Positions 18,056 to 20,000 of a stretch of DNA of 20,000 bases are shown here, piece by piece. Source of the DNA: Malassezia furfur. Taxonomy: Eukaryota. Position numbers and translations under genes: made by a program. Each line of letters opens with the position of its first letter. Positions within the stretch are counted from its first letter, which is position 1. The notes under the pieces are model-generated. The model did not search any database. It was given only the letters and a program-made list of their open reading frames with translations, and had not been told where the DNA came from. Location of the stretch: the NCBI GenBank assembly GCA_052055015.1, contig JBQJIT010000009.1. The stretch is one strand, 5' to 3'.

Positions 18056-19572
18056 TTAGTTTTTCTTGTCCATCCACGACGGGCGACTGTCGTCGCGCAT
18101 CGCATACACCTCGTCGAGGCGCTCGCGCAGCGCCTGCACCGCCTCCTTGCCCGCAACCAGGTCACCGTCGCGCATGGTGTGCACGTTGGAGATGTCGCGT
18201 CCCTCGCGCTCGTCGCGCTCGACGCTCTCCACGAGGCGCTCCGAGAAGATCGCCTCGCCCATGAGCGCAATGTGCTGCCGGTTCTCTGCGACGCCCTCGT
18301 ACAGCGGGCGCACGTTGGGCGCGTCCCAGTCAATCGCACCGAGCCCCGCGGCAGTTTCAGGCGCATCCGGCGCGGCGTGCGCCTCTTCCCACGCGAGGCA
18401 CGGCGCCCAGTCCGCCTGGTCGATGAGCTCCTCGGCGCGGTTCTCGAAGATGCTCTGCATCTGCGACTGCTGCGCCATGAGGTCGACGATGCGCGCCTCC
18501 GACTTTTCTGCGGCGTCCTCGCCGGCGTTCGGGTCAAGCACCGACTTGGCGACGGGCACCTGCGGGTCGAAGTCGAGCATGTCGAGATCGAGCCACGCCG
18601 GCGCGCCCTTGGCGACCCAGTTGGGCTGCTCGTCGCAGTACAGTGCATAGACGAGCAAATTTGGGTCCCACGCGCCTACCGCGACGGTCGCGAGGCGGTT
18701 CGTGTCGCCGTGTGCGCTGTAGCGGAAGCGGACGAGGTGGATCGGCAGCAGAATCGGGTAGCACGCAAGCATGTCGACGTCCAACGAGTCGCGCTCCATG
18801 CGCACGACGGCGCGCGCATCCTGGTCGGCGTGCTCATTGATGTTCGCCACCTGGATCTCGACGCCGGGCAGCAGCTTGAAGCGCCGGCGAATGTGGAGCG
18901 GCGGCCCCTGGGCAAGAAGGTCGACCATGAGCGTGCGCAGGTCGGCGTGCTGCAGCATCGCGGGCAGGCTGCGTGGAGACACGTTGAATGGCAGCACGCT
19001 GATCTTCCCGTCGATGCCCACGTCGGGGTGCAGGTGCCGTGGGCGCTCAAAGGCCGCATAGGGCATCGGCGCATCGGCGCCCTTGATGAGCGGCATCGGC
19101 ACCTGCTCCATGGCGGGCGTGCGCAGCGGCGGCGGGCGCAGCGGCAGCGTGTCGAGTGGCTTGTATGCGTTACCCGGGAACGCCGAGTTGGTCGAGACGA
19201 CTGTGTCAGTAGGCGCACCTACACGTTGCCGTGGCCTGGCCGGTATCGCCGCGGCACCGCATCTTCCACACGCCGTCGACGGTCTGGGTGAGCAGTACGA
19301 CGTACCCAGATCGGGTAGTACAGGGCCTGTGCCGACTCGAAGCGCATCACGTCCTCCTCCGACTCGGTCATCCACCCGAGCCCGAGCGCCTGCGACACCG
19401 CGAAGGCAATGCCGCCCCAGCGCCCCTTGATCGTGGGCAGAAGCTGCTCAAGCGCGCCGAGGCGTGCACGATGCACGGCGTCTTTGGTGCCGAGCTGGAA
19501 ATCAAGTGCGCTCACGCGGCTCGCGCGCGCCGCACGCGCCGACGTGCTCAACGCACGCACCGGCACAAACAT
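18056..19572 (-). CDS. Uncharacterised protein (490 aa), probable mitochondrial presequence, 2 introns
   Basis: Starts MFVPVRALSTSARAARASRVS. Introns 19284-19305 and 19201-19222 join three frames into one 1473-nt CDS (ALYYPIW-TVDGVWKMR..ATF-VSTNSAFPG...ACYPILLPIHLVRF). I do not recognise the family. Confidence 0.75.
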
Positions 19573-19597
19573 GGATCGAAGCGCAAAAAAGTGGAGG

Positions 19598-19999
19598 CTA
19601 TGCGTCGTCCGCGTCGTCCGCGTCGCTCGCGTCGCTCGCGTCGCTCGCGTGCGCGGCGGTGCCCGCGGTGGTCTCTACGACAAGGTTGGCGCTCTTTCCG
19701 AGGTGCGGCAGCGCCTTGAGCGGCGTTGCCAGATGCGCAATGTCCAGCGTGTGTCGCGGGTAGGTCTGAACGAGCTGGAACGCATAGGTGTGTACGTAGC
19801 CGTCCGGCGGAGCCGGCGCCGCGTCGCCCTCACTGTCGGCCGTGTCGACGTACGCGTACACGGCCTCGAGCGGTGCATCACTCGCAAACCGCCGCTGCAA
19901 GTTGCGCCCGCTCGGCAGGTGCACCGAGAGGCGCACGGCCTCGGCGCCTGCAGGCGGCTCGGCCGGGACCAGGGCCGTGCGCGCCCAGCGGCGCCAGTG
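19598..19999 (-). CDS. UBX domain protein (FAF2/Ubx3-like), 3' part; 5' end outside window
   Basis: Reads HWRRWARTALVPAEPP..VRLSVHLPSGRNLQRRF..LEAVYAYVD..FQLVQTYPR..ANLVVE, a UBX fold with a YPR loop, followed by an acidic tail. Confidence 0.85.
   Translation of the reverse strand, partial: HWRRWARTALVPAEPPAGAEAVRLSVHLPSGRNLQRRFASDAPLEAVYAYVDTADSEGDAAPAPPDGYVHTYAFQLVQTYPRHTLDIAHLATPLKALPHLGKSANLVVETTAGTAAHASDASDASDADDADDA
19602..19650. repeat. 9-bp coding tandem repeat (GCGTCGTCC x2, GCGTCGCTC x3 plus a partial unit) encoding the ASD/ADD tail of the UBX protein
   Basis: Directly visible in the sequence. Confidence 0.85.
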
Positions 20000-20000
20000 C

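Noticed and set aside
3333..19572. Apparent frameshifts and premature stops suggesting pseudogenes, recoding or an alternative genetic code
   Set aside because: Every break is explained by a consensus GT-AG micro-intron, and all ten spliced CDS lengths are multiples of three under the standard code.
1..20000. Prokaryotic operon, CRISPR array, transposon or introner-like repeated introns
   Set aside because: The genes are eukaryotic, and I saw no spaced direct repeats or transposase. Intron interiors differ from one another apart from the splice signals.

Overview
This is eukaryotic, GC-rich and extremely gene-dense fungal DNA. It is most consistent with a compact basidiomycete yeast such as Malassezia; that is inferred from gene content, density and intron style, not database-verified. 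I can build 16 protein-coding genes, two of them cut by the window edges: GST-kappa/DsbA-like (3' part), an 852-aa secreted Kre9/Knh1-like Ser/His-rich protein, CSN2, MIC26/27, a Saf4/Yju2-family splicing factor, prenyltransferase alpha (RAM2), an Spg5-like/unknown protein, a small Cys-rich GPI-type protein, a Cys/Met PLP enzyme, Dap1/MAPR, a DUF1992/DNAJC28-like protein, a DUF1771-Smr protein, an Irc3-like helicase, MEMO1, an unknown mitochondrial-type protein and a UBX protein (3' part). The standout signal is 32 hand-resolved GT-AG spliceosomal introns, 31 of them only 21-25 nt. In 28 of 32 the branch adenosine sits 6 nt from the 3' end, with no polypyrimidine tract. Removing the introns restores ten frame-consistent proteins with conserved motifs. 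Splicing also reveals a terminal micro-exon that gives the Smr protein a CaaX box (CIVM). Two convergent gene pairs have directly abutting stop codons. I saw no RNA genes, mobile elements or CRISPR arrays.
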